Under the pieces are notes generated by a model. It ran no database searches. It was given only the letters and a program-made list of their open reading frames with translations, and was not told the DNA's origin. The position numbers and the translations under genes are program-made. This document shows positions 61,672 through 64,000 of a stretch of DNA of 64,000 nucleotides, one piece after another. Source of the DNA: Eutreptiella sp. 'Long Island Sound 2002' (taxonomy: Eukaryota; Protista; Euglenida); the NCBI GenBank assembly GCA_964036045.1, contig OZ038378.1, positions 59,768,001 through 59,832,000 of the forward strand. Direction: 5' to 3'. Every line of letters starts with the position of its first letter. Position 1 is the first letter of the stretch.

Positions 61672-64000
61672 GTCTTTAGGCTATTTGCTCCTAGCCTCCA
61701 CCTGATTTGGAGGTCGAAATGTGCTGGACTATCCGCCCCTGTTCAGGGGCCCGCTGTTTCAGTTTCCAGCAAACCAAGCATTTTTGTAAAGCAGCAACTA
61801 GTAGTTCCCACCATAAGTTGATTTTAGGCTATCTGCTCACACCAAGCCTGACATCTGGAGGCCCAAAATTTGCTCCACTATCCGCCCTTGTCCGGGGGCC
61901 CACTTTTTCAGTTTCCTAGGCAGTTTCGTAAAGCCCCGACCAGTAGCTCTCACCAGAAGTTGATTTTAGGCTATTTGCTCACAACAGGCCGGAGACGTGG
62001 AGGCTCGAAATGTGCTCCACTATCCGCCCCCGTCCGGGGGCCCGGTATTTCAATTTCGTGCAAACAAAGCTTTTTTGGAAAGCCTCGACCAGTAGCTCCC
62101 CTCATAAGTTCAGCAATTCGATTGTAGGCCATTTCCTCACACCAACACGGCGATTTGAAGGCGCCAAATGTGCTCTACTAGCCTCCCCCGTCCACGGGCG
62201 CACTGTTGCAATTTCTTGCAAGTAAGGCATTTTGGTAAAGCCCCGACCATTAGCTCTCACCAGAGTTTGATTTTAGGCTATTTGGTCACACCAAGCGTGG
62301 AACCTAGAGGCTCGAAATGTGCTGGACTATCCGCCCTTGTCCAGAGCCCCACTATTTTAGTTTCCTGCAAACTAGGCATTTTTGTAAAGCCGCGGCCACC
62401 AGCGCTCACCACAGGTTGATTTTAGGCTTTTTGCTGACACCAAGCCTCAGGTTTGTAGGACTGTTTCAGTTTCCTACAAACCAAGCATTTTGGTAAAGCT
62501 CCAACCAAGAGCTCCCATCAAAACTAGATTTTACTGTATTTCCTCATAACAGGCTTGAGATCTGAGGGCTCGAAATGTGCTCCACTATCCGCCCACCCCC
62601 CCCCCCCCCCCAAAGGGCGCACTATTTCAAGTGCATGCAAACAAGGCATTTTTGGAAAGCCTGCACCAGTAGCTCCCACCAGAAGTTGATTTTAGGGTAT
62701 TTGCTCACACCAACACAAAGATGTGGAGGCTCGAAACGTCCTCGACTATCCGCCCTTGTCTAGTGGCCCACTGTTGCAGCTTCCTTCAAGAAAGGCATTT
62801 TTGTAAAGCCCCGACCAGTAGCTCCCACCAGAAGTTGATTTTAGGCTATTTGCTCACACCAACGCAGAGTTGTGGAGGCTCAAAATGTGCTCTACTATTC
62901 ACACCCATCCAAGGGCCGACTTCACCAGTTTCCCGCAAACAAGGCATTTTTGTAAAGACTCGTCCATTAGCTCTCACAACAACTTCATTTTAGACTATTT
63001 GCTCACACCAACAGAGAGATCTAGACGCTCGAAATATGCACCACTATGTGCCCTTGTCCACGGGCGCACTGTTAGAGCTTCCTGCTAGTAAGGCATTTGT
63101 GTAAAGCCCCGACCAATAGCACTCCCAAAAACTTGATTTGAGGCTTCTTGCTCACACCGGGCCTGACATCTGGAGGCCCCAAGGATGCTCCACTATCCAC
63201 CCCTGTATAGGGGCCCACCGTTTTACTTTCCTGCAAACCAAGAATTTTTGTAAAGCCCCGACAAGTAGCTCTCACCAAAAGATGATCTTAGGCTATTTGC
63301 TCACACGAGGCTTGAGATCTGGTAGCTCGAAACGTGCTCGACCATCCGCCCCTGTGCACGGGCCCACTATTTCAGCTTCCGGCAAACAAGGCCCCTTTGG
63401 AAAGCCCGGACTAGTAGCCTTCACCAAAAACTTGTTGGGTTTAGGCTATTTGCTCACACCAACACAGTGGTGTGGAGGCTCGAAAGCTGCTCGACTATCT
63501 GCCCCTGTCCAGGGGCCCAGTGTTTCAGTTTCCTACAATTAAAGCATTTTTGTAAAGCCCCCACCAGTCCCTCTCACCAGAAAGTGATTTTGGGCTACTT
63601 ACTCACAACAACATTGAAATCTAGAGGTTCGAAAGGTGCTCGACTATCCGCCCCTATCCAATAGCACACTGTTTGAGTTTCGTGCAAACGAGGCATTTTT
63701 GTAAAGCCCCGACCATTAGCTCTCACTCGACGTTCATTTTAGGCTATTTGCTCACACAAACCCTGAGATCCGGAGGCTCGAAATGTTCTCAACTATCCGC
63801 CCCTATTCGGAGATCCACTTTTTGAGTTTCCTGCAAACAAGGCCTTTTTTGCAAAGCCCCGACTAGTAGCTCTCACCAAAAAAAATTTCTAGGTTGTTTG
63901 CTCACACCAACACAAAGATGTAGAGGCCGGCAATGTGCTCAACTATCCGCCCCTTTCGAGGGGCCCACTGTTTCAATTTCCAACAAACAAGGCGTTTTTG

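Larger units (their letters stand above)
47280..64000. repeat. 148-149-bp satellite array (runs off the window end)
   Basis: Monomer aaagcccc.accagtagctctcaccagaagttgattttaggctatttgctcacacc...gaaatgtgctcgactatccgccc...gcaaac..ggcattttt repeats at a ~149-bp period. Confidence 0.99.

Noticed and set aside
47280-64000. Dozens of 60-207-aa ORFs (e.g. 51310-51933) in the ORF track
   Set aside because: They are translations of the 149-bp satellite; the period is not a multiple of 3 and there are no protein motifs.
15359-64000. Common origin of the 224-bp and 149-bp satellites (224 is about 1.5 x 149)
   Set aside because: Only a short aaatgcc..tagt resemblance on opposite strands; no extended alignment by eye.

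Overview
Repeat-dense eukaryotic-type DNA with no intact host gene, rRNA, tRNA or CRISPR array that I can support; the organism cannot be identified from this window. Layout: (1) 1-870, a 52-bp hairpin-forming tandem array and a 74-bp triple repeat. (2) ~870-8823, the most interesting feature: a disrupted reading frame of ~2,650 codons that reads, in order, unknown N-terminal region / 44-aa repeats / OTU-like cysteine protease / 2OG-Fe(II) dioxygenase-like domain (TET/JBP- or AlkB-like) / USP (peptidase C19) deubiquitinase / linker repeats / hAT DDE transposase with dimerisation domain / Cys-rich Zn finger and HeH-SAP-like helix pair. This suggests a giant hAT transposon carrying two deubiquitinases and a nucleic-acid dioxygenase-like domain. 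(3) ~9-15.3 kb, microsatellites, an imperfect hairpin, dispersed repeat modules and a decayed unknown ORF. (4) 15.36-21.94 kb, a 224-bp satellite with a diverged 11-mer higher-order repeat. (5) 21.9-34.9 kb, three head-to-tail copies of a ~3.3-kb composite unit with nested insertions, including a 2,465-bp TIR element with a 5-bp TSD. (6) 34.9-37.7 kb, a truncated, decayed non-LTR retrotransposon (RT + RNase H). (7) 37.7-47.3 kb, old repeats and minisatellites. (8) 47.3-64 kb, a 149-bp satellite containing exactly five near-identical 2,230-bp 15-mer HOR copies flanked by diverged monomers. All domain calls come from motif recognition by eye; no database search was run.
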